Of a stretch of 64,000 nucleotides of DNA, positions 6,987 to 17,389 are shown piece by piece. The notes under the pieces were generated by a model that saw only the letters and a program-made list of their open reading frames with translations, ran no database searches and had not been told where the DNA came from. Each line of letters begins with the position of its first letter. Within the stretch, counting starts at the first letter, position 1. The translations under genes and the position numbers were made by a program. The DNA is from a virus, in the IMG/VR virus record IMGVR_UViG_3300021420_000014; one strand, given 5' to 3'.

Positions 6987-7021
6987 AAGTTTCGCCGTCC
7001 ATAGGATGGCAGGAGGAAGAC

Positions 7022-7774
7022 ATGTTTAAGCTGACAGAGACTGCGGACCTCGAAAAGGCCGGCCGCTCGATCGCCAACTTCATCGCTTCGCAGGTCGCCG
7101 ACCTTGAGAAGAGCCGCGAGAATCTGGAAAAAAATTATACGTTCCATAAGGCTGCGGCAGCCCATCACGAAGGGCTCGCTAAAGCCCATGCGGACGCAGC
7201 GGCTACTCATAAGGCTGCGCACGATGGATTGGACGATGGCGATATGCACAAGACCGCGCACGCAGCGCTCGCGATCCATCACCAGACCATGTCTACCCAT
7301 CACGATGGTCTTGCGAAATTGCATGCTGCTCATGCCGACACCATGAAGGCCGCGGCAGATTCTGTGAAGGCCGACGTCGACAATAAGAAGGCATTCGCCG
7401 CCGAATGGGGTGCTACGGTTGCGACGCAAGTGACAAAGGCAGCCAATGGAACTGCAATCGTTGTGCCGGCTGGCGGGATGGAAGAAAAGTTCCAGAGTGT
7501 CACGGAAGCCCTGGTTGCCAAAGCACTCGAATCAATTGCCCAGAGTCCGAAAATCCACGAAATGATGGAAAATTTTGCACTCGACCACGTCAACAAGCTT
7601 TTGGGCAGCAAGATCAGCGACAAATTGATTCCCGATCAGGTGCGATCGATCATCCCGCCGTCAGAGGCCTATGGTTCTGCCTTAACCGCAGTTCCACGTA
7701 CCGGCCAGCCGGCGATGAATACCGAGAAAGTGGAAGTGCCGCTGGAGTTTGAACACTTAGTAAAGGTCGAATAG
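7022..7774 (+). CDS. putative scaffolding protein with a His-rich helix
   Basis: lies between protease and MCP; helical, Ala/His-rich. Confidence 0.6.
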   Translation: MFKLTETADLEKAGRSIANFIASQVADLEKSRENLEKNYTFHKAAAAHHEGLAKAHADAAATHKAAHDGLDDGDMHKTAHAALAIHHQTMSTHHDGLAKLHAAHADTMKAAADSVKADVDNKKAFAAEWGATVATQVTKAANGTAIVVPAGGMEEKFQSVTEALVAKALESIAQSPKIHEMMENFALDHVNKLLGSKISDKLIPDQVRSIIPPSEAYGSALTAVPRTGQPAMNTEKVEVPLEFEHLVKVE

Positions 7775-7840
7775 CTTTCTGGTTCAAAGTTACGGTTTTA
7801 AAGGTTCATGCAGGGCGCACAAAGAGCTTAGGAGAGAAAA

Positions 7841-9766
7841 ATGAGAATCGATCAAGATCTGTACAAAGCCAATGTAACGGATGCTCGTTCCAAGTTGGCG
7901 AAGCAAATGGCTCCTGGCTCTCCATTGGCCAATCTGATGAAGCGAGCCTTGCCAAAAACCCTCGGCGGCGAAATAGCCCCGAAGGATTGGAGCCTCGATC
8001 ATCCTTTGGTCAAGGCCGTCGGTCGTGCGCTCATCAAGGCTGGACTGACGACCGCGACAGGCTTTAACTTTTTCGATCTTCGCGGTCCCGCCTATTTCCT
8101 GTTCCCTTTGCTGACGCCATTCATTCAATCTATTCCGCGCATGGGGCGCGTGAATGCCGGCGTCGGCACGGCTGCGCACTGGAAGGCCACGCGCAATCCG
8201 AACTCCACGTTCGTTTACGCAGGCTTGCTTGAGGGGCAGCGGAATGCGATCGCAACGCCAAACGAAATCGACTATCTGGCCACATACAAAGAGTTGGGCA
8301 TGGACGCAGGGGAGACCTTCACGGCGCAGTTTGCTGGAGAAGGCTATACCGATAACCTGGCGGACGAACATTTCCGTAACCTGGCTCGCTTGCGCCTCCA
8401 AGAAGAGATGATGACGTTGTGGGGTAATTCCGGGACCGCTTCCGGAAACCTCGGTTATGCATTAGGTCAGCCGACAAACGTTACGTCGGCACTTGCTGTC
8501 GGCACCGGCACGCTCGGAACTTCTGCCAACGTGGTTGCAGCTGTCGTTGCCATCACGCCATTCGGCATGAACCCTGGCGGTCAGGCTGGCTATGCTGCCC
8601 CTCCTTCGGTGGCCAATGGCCTCACGACCAATTATCTGCGCACGAATGCTGACGGCACGACGACGAACGTAAGCTGTGGCTTGAGCCAAATTTCGAACGT
8701 GGCCGCGATCGTGACCACGAACTCGACGTTCCAGCAAGTTGCGGTTTCGATTCCCGCCGTAAAAGGTGCGGTCGGATACGCTTGGTTTTGGGGCGTGAAC
8801 GTCGCTGCATCTACCGGCAACGTCAAACTCGGCTCGATCACAGCTTGGCCGAGCTATACGATTACCGCGCCGGCCACCGGCGTTCAGTTGGGTAACGCTG
8901 CTGGCTTGAACGTAGACAACTCATTCCAGCCGACAGACTTTGACGGGCTCGGCACCTACGCTTTCCAGAATGGTTTCTGGACAGACATGAACGGTGGCTC
9001 GTTCACCGCTGCAGGAAACGGACAGGTCAAGGAAATTGAAACCGACCTGCAGAATCTCTGGACCAACTATCAGGCTCAGCCGGATGAGATTTGGGTATCG
9101 GCCGACGTCCGGGCCGCGCTGGAATCGGCGGTTGTCTATTCTTCGACCGGCACGAACAGCTACATCTTCCCCGTTCCTCGTTCTGAGCAGGATGGCGGAA
9201 TGCTGGGCGGCTTCATCATCAATGCCTACAAGTCGAAGTACAGCATCAATCCTGAAGGTGGCGCAGCCATTCCTGTGCGGTTGCACCCGATGTTCCCGCA
9301 AGGCACGTTGTTCTACAATATCAAGACCAATCCGTACCCGCACTCGCGCATTCCAGCCGTGGCTGCATTCCTCACCCAGAGAGATTACTACGCGATCGAA
9401 TGGCCGATTGTGACGAGACAGTGGACATTCGGCACCTACGTGCAGGAAGTCCTCGCGCACTATATGCCATGGATCTCGGCCATCCGTACCGGAATCGGAC
9501 CGTTCGTTCCTTGCTATATCGCGGCCGTAGTCTTCGGCGAAGACTTCTTCACCGGACCGCGCGTCAACTTGGTCCGCAAGTGGCTGGTCAACGATTGGCA
9601 GAAGACCGGACCATTCGCGAAGCTGATCATGGCTCTCTACAGTACGTATGGCGAACGTGTCGCCAAGCACGTCGAGAAGAGTGGGCTGCTCAAGGGCATG
9701 TTCCGCAAATTGTTTGATCGTGCATTGGCGAAAGCCGAAGCAAAGTACGGAACCGTCAAGGCATAG
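7841..9766 (+). CDS. major capsid protein with C-terminal CFI-box-CTERM-like extension
   Basis: position; size; PDEIWVS and VRLHPMFPQGT capsid-like motifs; strong SD. Confidence 0.8.
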   Translation: MRIDQDLYKANVTDARSKLAKQMAPGSPLANLMKRALPKTLGGEIAPKDWSLDHPLVKAVGRALIKAGLTTATGFNFFDLRGPAYFLFPLLTPFIQSIPRMGRVNAGVGTAAHWKATRNPNSTFVYAGLLEGQRNAIATPNEIDYLATYKELGMDAGETFTAQFAGEGYTDNLADEHFRNLARLRLQEEMMTLWGNSGTASGNLGYALGQPTNVTSALAVGTGTLGTSANVVAAVVAITPFGMNPGGQAGYAAPPSVANGLTTNYLRTNADGTTTNVSCGLSQISNVAAIVTTNSTFQQVAVSIPAVKGAVGYAWFWGVNVAASTGNVKLGSITAWPSYTITAPATGVQLGNAAGLNVDNSFQPTDFDGLGTYAFQNGFWTDMNGGSFTAAGNGQVKEIETDLQNLWTNYQAQPDEIWVSADVRAALESAVVYSSTGTNSYIFPVPRSEQDGGMLGGFIINAYKSKYSINPEGGAAIPVRLHPMFPQGTLFYNIKTNPYPHSRIPAVAAFLTQRDYYAIEWPIVTRQWTFGTYVQEVLAHYMPWISAIRTGIGPFVPCYIAAVVFGEDFFTGPRVNLVRKWLVNDWQKTGPFAKLIMALYSTYGERVAKHVEKSGLLKGMFRKLFDRALAKAEAKYGTVKA

Positions 9767-9785
9767 ATTCACCAGGAGGCTTGTA

Positions 9786-9812
9786 GGCGGTTGTTCAACT
9801 CGACCGCCTCAA
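9786..9812 (+). terminator. hairpin after the MCP gene
   Basis: AGGCGGTTG-TTCAACT-CGACCGCCT; no U-tract. Confidence 0.4.
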
Positions 9813-9825
9813 GTAAACCGTGAAA

Positions 9826-10050
9826 ATGGCAGGACCAAATACACCGACTAAAGCGCAGCTTGCTGCGCTTGCTGTTTTGCAAACCACTTTGAATTCGGCG
9901 CTTTCGACGCTGAGCACGAACACAGCCGCGCATGTGACGGCACAAAATGCCGTCCTTGTAGCCCAGCAAAATCTAAAGAATTACGAAGCGTACATCTACG
10001 GCGGAAATAAACCCGGGATATACGATGAAGGCAGCAATAGCGTAACGTAA
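9826..10050 (+). CDS. small head-associated protein
   Basis: coiled-coil-like ORF after MCP. Confidence 0.6.
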   Translation: MAGPNTPTKAQLAALAVLQTTLNSALSTLSTNTAAHVTAQNAVLVAQQNLKNYEAYIYGGNKPGIYDEGSNSVT

Positions 10051-10054
10051 CGGC

Positions 10055-10546
10055 ATGCAGTCCATCTCTCAGTTTAGCCTAGTCCAATCTGGGTATCCCT
10101 TCTCACTCCAGAATACAGTTGGCATAGCCTCGGGCGGCACGCTAATTATCACTTACACGATCTCCGGTGCGCCGGCGACGCTTTCGATTGCGGTTCAAGG
10201 CTGCAAGAATGCCAGCTCGCCTGTTGTGATCGACACCTATATTGGCGTGGCGGGCACGACTAGGAATATCAGCATCTCCGATACATACGATTATTTCGTG
10301 GTACTCCCGCAGTGGACAGGCGGTAATAACGTCACCGTTACCGTAACCGCAACCCTCGTTGGATCCGGCCAGACGCAAACGGCTGTTACTGCACTCATCC
10401 CGCTGAGTGGTGTTGGATCGCCGCAAAATGTTGTCGCGGCTCCCTTGGGAAGCATTTATCTGAATATCAGCGGTGGCGTTGGATGCCTCTGGGTAAAGGA
10501 GACCGGTGGTAGCACTTCAGCTGGTTGGGTGCAGGCAACCTTCTAG
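10055..10546 (+). CDS. putative head decoration/fibre protein
   Basis: C-terminal GSP..VVAAPLGSIYLN..GG...LWVKE.G....GW motif typical of phage fibre modules. Confidence 0.65.
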   Translation: MQSISQFSLVQSGYPFSLQNTVGIASGGTLIITYTISGAPATLSIAVQGCKNASSPVVIDTYIGVAGTTRNISISDTYDYFVVLPQWTGGNNVTVTVTATLVGSGQTQTAVTALIPLSGVGSPQNVVAAPLGSIYLNISGGVGCLWVKETGGSTSAGWVQATF

Positions 10547-10594
10547 TATAAGTAAGCGTTTACAATCCTGATCTCTTCCTCTACAATCCTCGGT

Positions 10595-11032
10595 GTGCGC
10601 AGAATAGTTTTCAATGATGCGGATGTAGTTTCAACCGACCAAGAGCAGCGAAAGAGTTTCCTTGACTCAAGAGATCCTATTCGCGAGCGGCTTGATTATG
10701 AGGTGGCCAAACTTCGTTTACGCTATCCTCAGTTAAACGATCAGGACATTAAAATATGGTGCGACTATCGGTTGATAACTTCAGCCGAGACGGCCACGCG
10801 AGAGGTGCTGAATCACGTTTACGGAACTCCGCGCCATCCGAATTACTTTTCTGATCGGTCGCCACAAAAATCGGCCACAGATTTACTTCTCAATCCCGAT
10901 GATTTCATTGGGGTGATTTGTTGGCAATGCGGCAAGCAAGTATGGAAAGGCATTAGAAAACTGTCGCCTTACCTACCTGGGGAAGTTTTGTGCAAAATAT
11001 GCGCATATCAACGATTAAAAGGTCTGAAGTAA
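10595..11032 (+). CDS. hypothetical protein with C-terminal CxxC pairs
   Basis: 145-aa ORF; TACAAT just upstream. Confidence 0.6.
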   Translation: MRRIVFNDADVVSTDQEQRKSFLDSRDPIRERLDYEVAKLRLRYPQLNDQDIKIWCDYRLITSAETATREVLNHVYGTPRHPNYFSDRSPQKSATDLLLNPDDFIGVICWQCGKQVWKGIRKLSPYLPGEVLCKICAYQRLKGLK

Positions 11033-11045
11033 GCGGCTTCGAATA

Positions 11046-12044
11046 ATGCGCATCGCACTGTTTTATCCGCGGAACATTATGGCCTGCTGGTATGCGATCG
11101 GCGGCTATCATGAAACGCTCACCAGGATGGGCTATGACGTTTTGAATTGTCCTTTCCCGGGCAATGCTGTGCAGAACGTGGATTATGTGCGTCTGCACAT
11201 GCCCAGCGTCGAAGGCCTGAATAAGTGCGATATGGTCTGCTCTATGTACCACGAATACACGCAGCCGTGGCTTGCTGCCGTCTACGGATGGGAGAACTGG
11301 TCCAAGATCAAAGTGCCGATCATAGCGCGCTTTGATGAATCGATGGATCGCAACGATCTTGGGCTGCCGGCGAGAGTGCCGGAACTGTTGAAGTGGGCGA
11401 GCCACTATTCGTTTCCGGCCGCGCAAGATGCAAAGAAATACGGTGGACAATGGCTGCCATTTGGTGCCGACACGACAATCTTCAAGCCGCATCTCGAGGA
11501 TGAGCACGGCAAGGTTTATAACGTCAAAGTTTGGGAACTCGGCTTTATTGGCACGATGTATCCGGACCGCAAGAGGTATCTCGATAAGCTGATCCAGCAC
11601 ATGCCGCCCAACCTGACGTTCAGATACGGTCCGGTAATCGTGCAGGATCTCTCCGGGATCCGCGAGCGCGAGAGCACAGAGCTGCTCGCTGATAACTATC
11701 GTTCCCTAAAGATGTTTTTTTGTCTGCCGCCCATCTCGCGTCTGATCGTGGAAAAAGTCTTTGACGTGATGGCCTGTGGGACGTTTGTTTTATATCCGCG
11801 ACTCTTCGGCGAATCAGAAGAGAACCTACAAGTGTTCGAGGATCGCAAGCATCTGGTCTATTACAGCTTTGGCTATTTCGCCGACAATGCAAAGCAGATC
11901 GTTCATTACCTGCAGAACGATGAGGAACGCGCGAAGATCGCGAAGGCCGGCTGCGAGCTGGTCCACAAAAAATATACGCTTGAGGGAATGCTTGAGAGAA
12001 TGCTTGAAAGTGTAAAAGTAAAGAACGAAGCCGCGAAGGCATGA
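11046..12044 (+). CDS. glycosyltransferase, CgeB/Glyco_trans_1_2-like (GT-B)
   Basis: GFIGTMYPDR; KVFDVMACGTF; ERAKIAKAGCELVHKKYT. Confidence 0.85.
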   Translation: MRIALFYPRNIMACWYAIGGYHETLTRMGYDVLNCPFPGNAVQNVDYVRLHMPSVEGLNKCDMVCSMYHEYTQPWLAAVYGWENWSKIKVPIIARFDESMDRNDLGLPARVPELLKWASHYSFPAAQDAKKYGGQWLPFGADTTIFKPHLEDEHGKVYNVKVWELGFIGTMYPDRKRYLDKLIQHMPPNLTFRYGPVIVQDLSGIRERESTELLADNYRSLKMFFCLPPISRLIVEKVFDVMACGTFVLYPRLFGESEENLQVFEDRKHLVYYSFGYFADNAKQIVHYLQNDEERAKIAKAGCELVHKKYTLEGMLERMLESVKVKNEAAKA

Positions 12045-12688
12045 CCTTTCCTGAAGAGCACGCAGCCATTTGCAAAATACTATGGGAGCGCGATAGCCCT
12101 TGTGTTGTCGAGCTTGGAGCCCATGATGGCAGTGACACCGAATGGATGCTTGCGGCTTCTAAACATCCTAATATCTTCGCCATCGAGGCAGATCTGATCA
12201 ATTTTCACTCCCTCATATCAAAAATGCTCCCGATCCTTGCTGTTTACGGAGCTATTGCAGGCCACAGTGGAATTTGTGATTTCTGGGGTTCGCGCTCAAG
12301 CGGCGGAGGCTATGGTTCTATTTATAGGCCGATGAATGGCCTGAGCGTACCAGCCGATGAATTCACTGGAATCGGCCCTGTTCCTTGCTATACGTTCGAC
12401 GATTTTTGCAACAATCACGCGATCGGCCAAATCGATCTTCTCTATGTCGATATACATGGAGCCGAGCGTGACATGATCGAGCATGGCCGCGCCGCTATCG
12501 GCCGAACGCGCTATCTCTTCATGGAAGTATTCAATTATTCTGCCTATCAAAACATGGCGACAAGAGATCAGTTGTTGGCCATGCTGCCTGGTTGGACGTT
12601 AATGCAAGAGTTCCCCTGGAACGTGCTTTTGAAGAATGGGGCATACAGTGAAACTGTACGCACGAATGCCTTCGCCTCGCGAGCGTAA
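12041..12688 (+). CDS. FkbM-family methyltransferase
   Basis: VELGAHDG; AIEAD; IDLLYVDIHGAE. Confidence 0.88.
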   Translation: MTFPEEHAAICKILWERDSPCVVELGAHDGSDTEWMLAASKHPNIFAIEADLINFHSLISKMLPILAVYGAIAGHSGICDFWGSRSSGGGYGSIYRPMNGLSVPADEFTGIGPVPCYTFDDFCNNHAIGQIDLLYVDIHGAERDMIEHGRAAIGRTRYLFMEVFNYSAYQNMATRDQLLAMLPGWTLMQEFPWNVLLKNGAYSETVRTNAFASRA

Positions 12689-13190
12689 ATTATACGATAT
12701 GGTGATCGGCCGCGGCGTAGAACAAGAAGTCGGAGCATTGCTATATGGGTTAGTCCGCGTGCTTAAACCGAATGTGTGCGTAGAAACAGGAACGCTAGTC
12801 GGCGATTCTGCCGAGTGGATTGGGCGAGCTCTGCGCGATAACGGCTTTGGCCATTTGACGACTTGCGATATCGATCCAGCTAGGATTGAGCCAGCCAGTA
12901 AACGTCTTCAGGGCTTACCTGTTTCGATCATTCAGAAGCCAGGAATAGAGACGTTGGGCAGTTTTGAAATGATGGATTTTGTTCACATTGATTCCGGAGA
13001 TTTAGAGTGCCGTATCAACGAAGTCATGAGCCTGGATGAACGCAATATCTCGCCCGGTGGAATTGTGTGCTGGCACGACGCTATCGTTGGATTTGACTCG
13101 ATGTACGAATCATTTGCGAACGCTAGAAATTGGCCGCATCTGCTGATACCTAGTGTGGTAGGCTTGGCTGTGTTTGCGCGGCCTGAATAA
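12648..13190 (+). CDS. class I SAM methyltransferase (Methyltransf_24-like)
   Basis: VETGTLVGDS; DFVHIDS; PGGIVCWHD. Confidence 0.85.
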   Translation: MKLYARMPSPRERKLYDMVIGRGVEQEVGALLYGLVRVLKPNVCVETGTLVGDSAEWIGRALRDNGFGHLTTCDIDPARIEPASKRLQGLPVSIIQKPGIETLGSFEMMDFVHIDSGDLECRINEVMSLDERNISPGGIVCWHDAIVGFDSMYESFANARNWPHLLIPSVVGLAVFARPE

Positions 13191-13199
13191 TCAGTAATC

Positions 13200-13403
13200 A
13201 TGAACAAAAATCATGAACAAAAATTGACGTACTGGTTTTATATTGATCGAGGGCTGTGCGGTCATTGCCATAAACAGCCTCTCGCGGCTGGGTCAAAAAG
13301 CTATTGCTCCGAATGTCTGGAGAATCACCGAGCTTCTAATCGAAGGCTGTTCGGCTATAAAGGCATCCCAAAAATGGGCAGGCCAGCTTTGCCCAGGGCA
13401 TGA
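13200..13403 (+). CDS. small zinc-finger protein
   Basis: GLCGHC...YCSECL. Confidence 0.6.
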   Translation: MNKNHEQKLTYWFYIDRGLCGHCHKQPLAAGSKSYCSECLENHRASNRRLFGYKGIPKMGRPALPRA

Positions 13404-14074
13404 TCTCCATCCTATTTCCGACGCGCGGTCGCCCGAAACAACTTCGCCGTCTTTATGATTCCTTCCAGGTTCACAGCACGGTTTCGCCAGAGATAATCTG
13501 CTACGTGGACGATGATGATCGCTCCTATGATGACGTAGGATGTGTAAATATCATTCGCGGTCCACAAACCGTGCTCTCTGGCTACTGGGATAAGTTGCTG
13601 CCTTACGCTACCGGCGATCTGCTCATGGCTTCTGCGGATGATGTAGTATGCTGCACGCCTGGATGGGATGGCTTAGTGGAAGCCGCCTTTGCACAGTGTC
13701 CGGATAAGATCCTCATGGTTTTTGGCGATGACGGAGGGCCAGATGGTAAAAAATATCCGACATCTCCAATCATTCATCGCCGCTGGGTTGAAACTGTGGG
13801 GCGATGGATCCCACCCTATTTTTGCGCCGATTATATCGATAGCTGGCTATGGGATGTTGCTAGAAGAATTAAACGTATTCAATACGTTCCTTTTCTTGTC
13901 GAGCATATTCACCCTCTTTGGAATAAGGCACCGCTTGACGATACTTACCGTAGAGGCGACCAAAGGCGTCAAGAGCAGCAACCTTGGAAAGCATATGAAT
14001 TGACAGCCCGCGAGCGCGAAAGCGAAAGCAATAAATTGCGAGCCGTAATGGATCCGAATTGGAAGGTGCCGTGA
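13400..14074 (+). CDS. GT2/GT-A glycosyltransferase
   Basis: ISILFPTRGRP; ADD motif; EHIHP. Confidence 0.88.
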   Translation: MISILFPTRGRPKQLRRLYDSFQVHSTVSPEIICYVDDDDRSYDDVGCVNIIRGPQTVLSGYWDKLLPYATGDLLMASADDVVCCTPGWDGLVEAAFAQCPDKILMVFGDDGGPDGKKYPTSPIIHRRWVETVGRWIPPYFCADYIDSWLWDVARRIKRIQYVPFLVEHIHPLWNKAPLDDTYRRGDQRRQEQQPWKAYELTARERESESNKLRAVMDPNWKVP

Positions 14075-14709
14075 GTTCTGAAAGTGAAATGATGGCGGTC
14101 GGCGCAATTTTAAGGGAATGCAGAAACCCTGTGATCGTCGACCTTGGCTCCCATCAAGGCGAGGACACTCTCTGGATGGCTAGCTATGTCCGTGATCGCC
14201 AGCCGAAGATCATCATGGTCGAAGCCGACAAAGAAAACTTTGCAACCATCGCAAACATTGCTGCCCACGTCACTGGGTTCACGGCAATCTTCGGAGCCAT
14301 CCACGACCACACTGGTACGTGCGACTTTTGGGCGTGCTACACCACTGAAGGCCGCGGCTCAGGATCGATACGTCGACCAAGCGGTCATCTTCGAGAGAAG
14401 CCTTGGTACGATTTCCGGTTGCTCAGTGAACAGATACCTTGTTACGACTTAGACACTATTTTTGCCACTGTCGGTTTGGATCACATCGACGTTTTGTGGG
14501 TCGACATCCAGGGTGCCGAGCGCGACATGATCAAGGGCGGTCAGGCGGCATTAAAACGCACGCGCTATTTGTTCATTGAATCGGAAGAACGTGAACTCTA
14601 TGATGGCCAGGCTCTACGTCCGGAGCTGCTGGAGATGTTGCCGGGATGGACGGTCACCGATGTCTTCGATTATAACCTGTTGTTGCGCAACGATCGGTAC
14701 ATGGAATGA
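14071..14709 (+). CDS. FkbM-family methyltransferase (paralog of 12041)
   Basis: VDLGSHQG; IDVLWVDIQGAE. Confidence 0.88.
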   Translation: MSSESEMMAVGAILRECRNPVIVDLGSHQGEDTLWMASYVRDRQPKIIMVEADKENFATIANIAAHVTGFTAIFGAIHDHTGTCDFWACYTTEGRGSGSIRRPSGHLREKPWYDFRLLSEQIPCYDLDTIFATVGLDHIDVLWVDIQGAERDMIKGGQAALKRTRYLFIESEERELYDGQALRPELLEMLPGWTVTDVFDYNLLLRNDRYME

Positions 14710-14882
14710 GTTTAGTTGATAGACCGTGCGTGATATGCGGGCACTCACGCCTTCAGCATTCGATGTTTGGAGCCAAGAAATGCCGCGGCGTGCATCTTGA
14801 CTGTGACTGTCCTGGCTTCTCAGATGATCCCGCCGGTTTGCCTCGCTCCAGCAAGCCCAGAGAAAGCGGCGACAATCTATGA
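14706..14882 (+). CDS. small Cys/His zinc-binding protein (58 aa)
   Basis: CVICGH...H...C...CDCPGF; ATGA overlaps on both sides. Confidence 0.6.
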   Translation: MSLVDRPCVICGHSRLQHSMFGAKKCRGVHLDCDCPGFSDDPAGLPRSSKPRESGDNL

Positions 14883-15565
14883 TCAGCCTGCTTTGCCCGA
14901 CAAGAGGCCGGCCTTTTCAGCTTGAGAGGATGGTTCACTCCGTCCTAGCGACAGTCGCTAATCCTATAGAGATACTTCTATATGTAGATAGCGATGATCT
15001 CGCTAGCGCGAAATGTGGTGTCGAGCTGTGCGTCTCTTATATCAAAATTGGACCGCGGATTATCTTGTCCCAGACATGGAATGAACTAGCTAAACACGCA
15101 ACTGGAGATATCCTCGCACAGTGGAACGACGATATAATCGCACGTTCGCCAGGATGGGATAAGCTCGTAGAAGAAGCTTTCGCGGCCTGTCCGGATAAAA
15201 TCCTCATGGTGCATGGCAACGATGGCAGTGATTCGGGCCTTCCAAGCAGCAATGGCAGCTTTGGCGTTCACCCATTTGTGCATCGGCGTTGGATCGAAAC
15301 GCTTGGCTATTTCATGCCGGGAATTTATTCATCTGATTACGGCGACGCCTATGTTAATTTTTGTGCAGATCAACTGGGACGCAGAAGATACCTTCCCTTT
15401 ATAATCGAGCACATGCATTTCTGGCTTGGCAAGGCCAGCGAAGATCAAACTACAAGAGATCGACTGGCCCGTCATGATCGTGACAACGTCAGCCAATTAT
15501 GGCGAGAGTCTCTTCCGCAACGCATAGAAGACGTTCAAAAACTCAGGAGGGCAATGAATGGCTGA
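14879..15565 (+). CDS. GT2/GT-A glycosyltransferase (paralog of 13400)
   Basis: ISLLCPTRGRP; NDD; EHMH. Confidence 0.88.
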   Translation: MISLLCPTRGRPFQLERMVHSVLATVANPIEILLYVDSDDLASAKCGVELCVSYIKIGPRIILSQTWNELAKHATGDILAQWNDDIIARSPGWDKLVEEAFAACPDKILMVHGNDGSDSGLPSSNGSFGVHPFVHRRWIETLGYFMPGIYSSDYGDAYVNFCADQLGRRRYLPFIIEHMHFWLGKASEDQTTRDRLARHDRDNVSQLWRESLPQRIEDVQKLRRAMNG

Positions 15566-16343
15566 ACAAACAGCAAAACCAAAGGTAAAGCCAGAAGTAA
15601 AAGCGGAAGAAAAAATGCCAGAAGTGAAGCCAAAGCCACATGGAATCAAGTGGTCTATTTTGATCCTGCACGAGCCCGGTCGTTCGGCATTGCTCGAACG
15701 TCTTATGGCTGCGCTGCGCCCACAAGTCCAAGGCAAGGATGACGTCGAAATCATTGTGCGCCCATTCGATAAAGGTTTGGATCTCGGCTCAAATCGTCAA
15801 GCAATGATCGAAGCAGCCAAGGGCGAATATGTGAGTCAGATCGACGACGACGATCTAGTGGCTGACAATTATGTGTCCACGATTTATCCGCTGCTCGATG
15901 GAATAGATTACATCGGATTCCAACTCCAAATGTATATGGACGGCGATAAACAGGTTCCAACATTCCATTCCTTGCGCTACAAGGAATGGTCAGGAGATTC
16001 CAAAGGTTGGTATAGAGATATTTCTCACGTGAATCCGATGCGCCGCGAGCTAGCATTACAGGTGCCGATGCGCGGCGGCCCGGGCGAAGATGCGCGATGG
16101 GCAGCCGAGCTCCGCAATAAGGGAGTCGTCAAGACCGAACACTACATTTCCGAAATCATGTACCTTTACTATTTTAGAAGTAATAAAGCGGCGTATTCAG
16201 GACCTGCTGCGTCAGGTCCTGGTCCTGGGCACTCAACGGTGCCTTTACAGCAAGCCAAATGCACAGAATGCGGAAGTACGGCAGTTTCAATGGCGGGTGG
16301 TATGAGGCATTGTAATAGTTGCGGGCATCGCTGGGAACCGTGA
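15558..16343 (+). CDS. GT2 glycosyltransferase with C-terminal zinc ribbon
   Basis: AKGEYVSQIDDDD; GED..W; CTECG...CNSCG. Confidence 0.88.
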   Translation: MAEQTAKPKVKPEVKAEEKMPEVKPKPHGIKWSILILHEPGRSALLERLMAALRPQVQGKDDVEIIVRPFDKGLDLGSNRQAMIEAAKGEYVSQIDDDDLVADNYVSTIYPLLDGIDYIGFQLQMYMDGDKQVPTFHSLRYKEWSGDSKGWYRDISHVNPMRRELALQVPMRGGPGEDARWAAELRNKGVVKTEHYISEIMYLYYFRSNKAAYSGPAASGPGPGHSTVPLQQAKCTECGSTAVSMAGGMRHCNSCGHRWEP

Positions 16344-16352
16344 GGTCTGAGC

Positions 16353-16547
16353 ATGGCTGGCAATCGATTGACTCAAGAAACTACTTTGACGGCTTCAGAG
16401 CCGCTGCCGGCAGATTTGTGTGAATATGTGACCGTGGTATGTTCCGCCGGTAATTGCGAATTCATGTGGATCGTTGAAGATTATGACGGCGATTACATTG
16501 AGCTGCCAAAGTTCTGCCCAAGCTGTGGAAGGCGAGCCGAAGGATGA
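16353..16547 (+). CDS. small zinc-ribbon protein
   Basis: CSAGNC...FCPSCG. Confidence 0.55.
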   Translation: MAGNRLTQETTLTASEPLPADLCEYVTVVCSAGNCEFMWIVEDYDGDYIELPKFCPSCGRRAEG

Positions 16548-17389
16548 TAATTTACTGCATTCAGAACTGTATCAACGATAAGGTCTACGTAGGCCAGACG
16601 GTAAAACCGCTAGCGAAAAGGTGGGCACAACATCGGCAAGAGTGCCGAGGGAGCCGAATCTGCGCTGCCGTTAGCAAATATGGCCAACGGAACTTTGAGA
16701 TATCCATACTCTCTACTAGCGCAATTAAAAGCTCACTCGACAACTTGGAACGAGTCTGGATCATACTCCTTCAGTCTACTCACAAAACATTCGGCTACAA
16801 CGTTGCTGTTGGCGGCTCAGCACCGCCAACTCGTACAACGCCTTGCACTGTCTGTGGCGCGTCGGTTACTTATTGCTCTTGGCGCGTAGCCAAATATTGC
16901 AAAGAGTGCTATGTCACACAACGGAATGCACGCGTTATGGCGCGTCGCAGGGCACGCGGTATGCCACCGGATAGATTATTCGATGGTGACATTGCCTCTC
17001 TTTATCAGAGACATTCAGAAGGCGTTTCGATCAATGCTCTCTCGAAGGAGCTTGGATTTTCGCGCGAGACAATTACTAGAGCATTTCGAAATGCCGGATT
17101 GACGGTTCATAATTTTCCTGAAGCCATCAAACGTGCTGCCTCTACTGGAGGTAAGCGTCGTTGGGAACTACACAAATATCCTATTCCTGGTGGAGGTCGT
17201 CGCTACGCCGAGTTATATGGAAGTCCTGGAACTGCTGAAAGCAGGAGTAGAGGCGGTCGCAAGAGTATTGGTGTTCCTGGAGATTCCGAAAGTCGCAAAA
17301 GGGGTCGCATTAAAGCTAGCCATAACCGATGGCACGTTAAGCGTGGCATAAATAATCCGGCATGTGCATTTTGTTTGGAGATATCGTGA
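16544..17389 (+). mobile_element. GIY-YIG homing endonuclease
   Basis: IIYCIQNCINDKVYVGQT...RW.QH...LE..WI...GYN; HTH; C-terminal HNRWHVKRG..C..C. Confidence 0.88.

Noticed and set aside
7841-9766. Genome-wide stop-codon reassignment
   Set aside because: Genes are intact under code 11 and end in TAG, TGA and TAA with tight coupling
8921-9772. 283-aa reverse-strand ORF within the MCP gene, and similar shadows elsewhere
   Set aside because: Antisense shadow of a codon-biased gene, with no motifs
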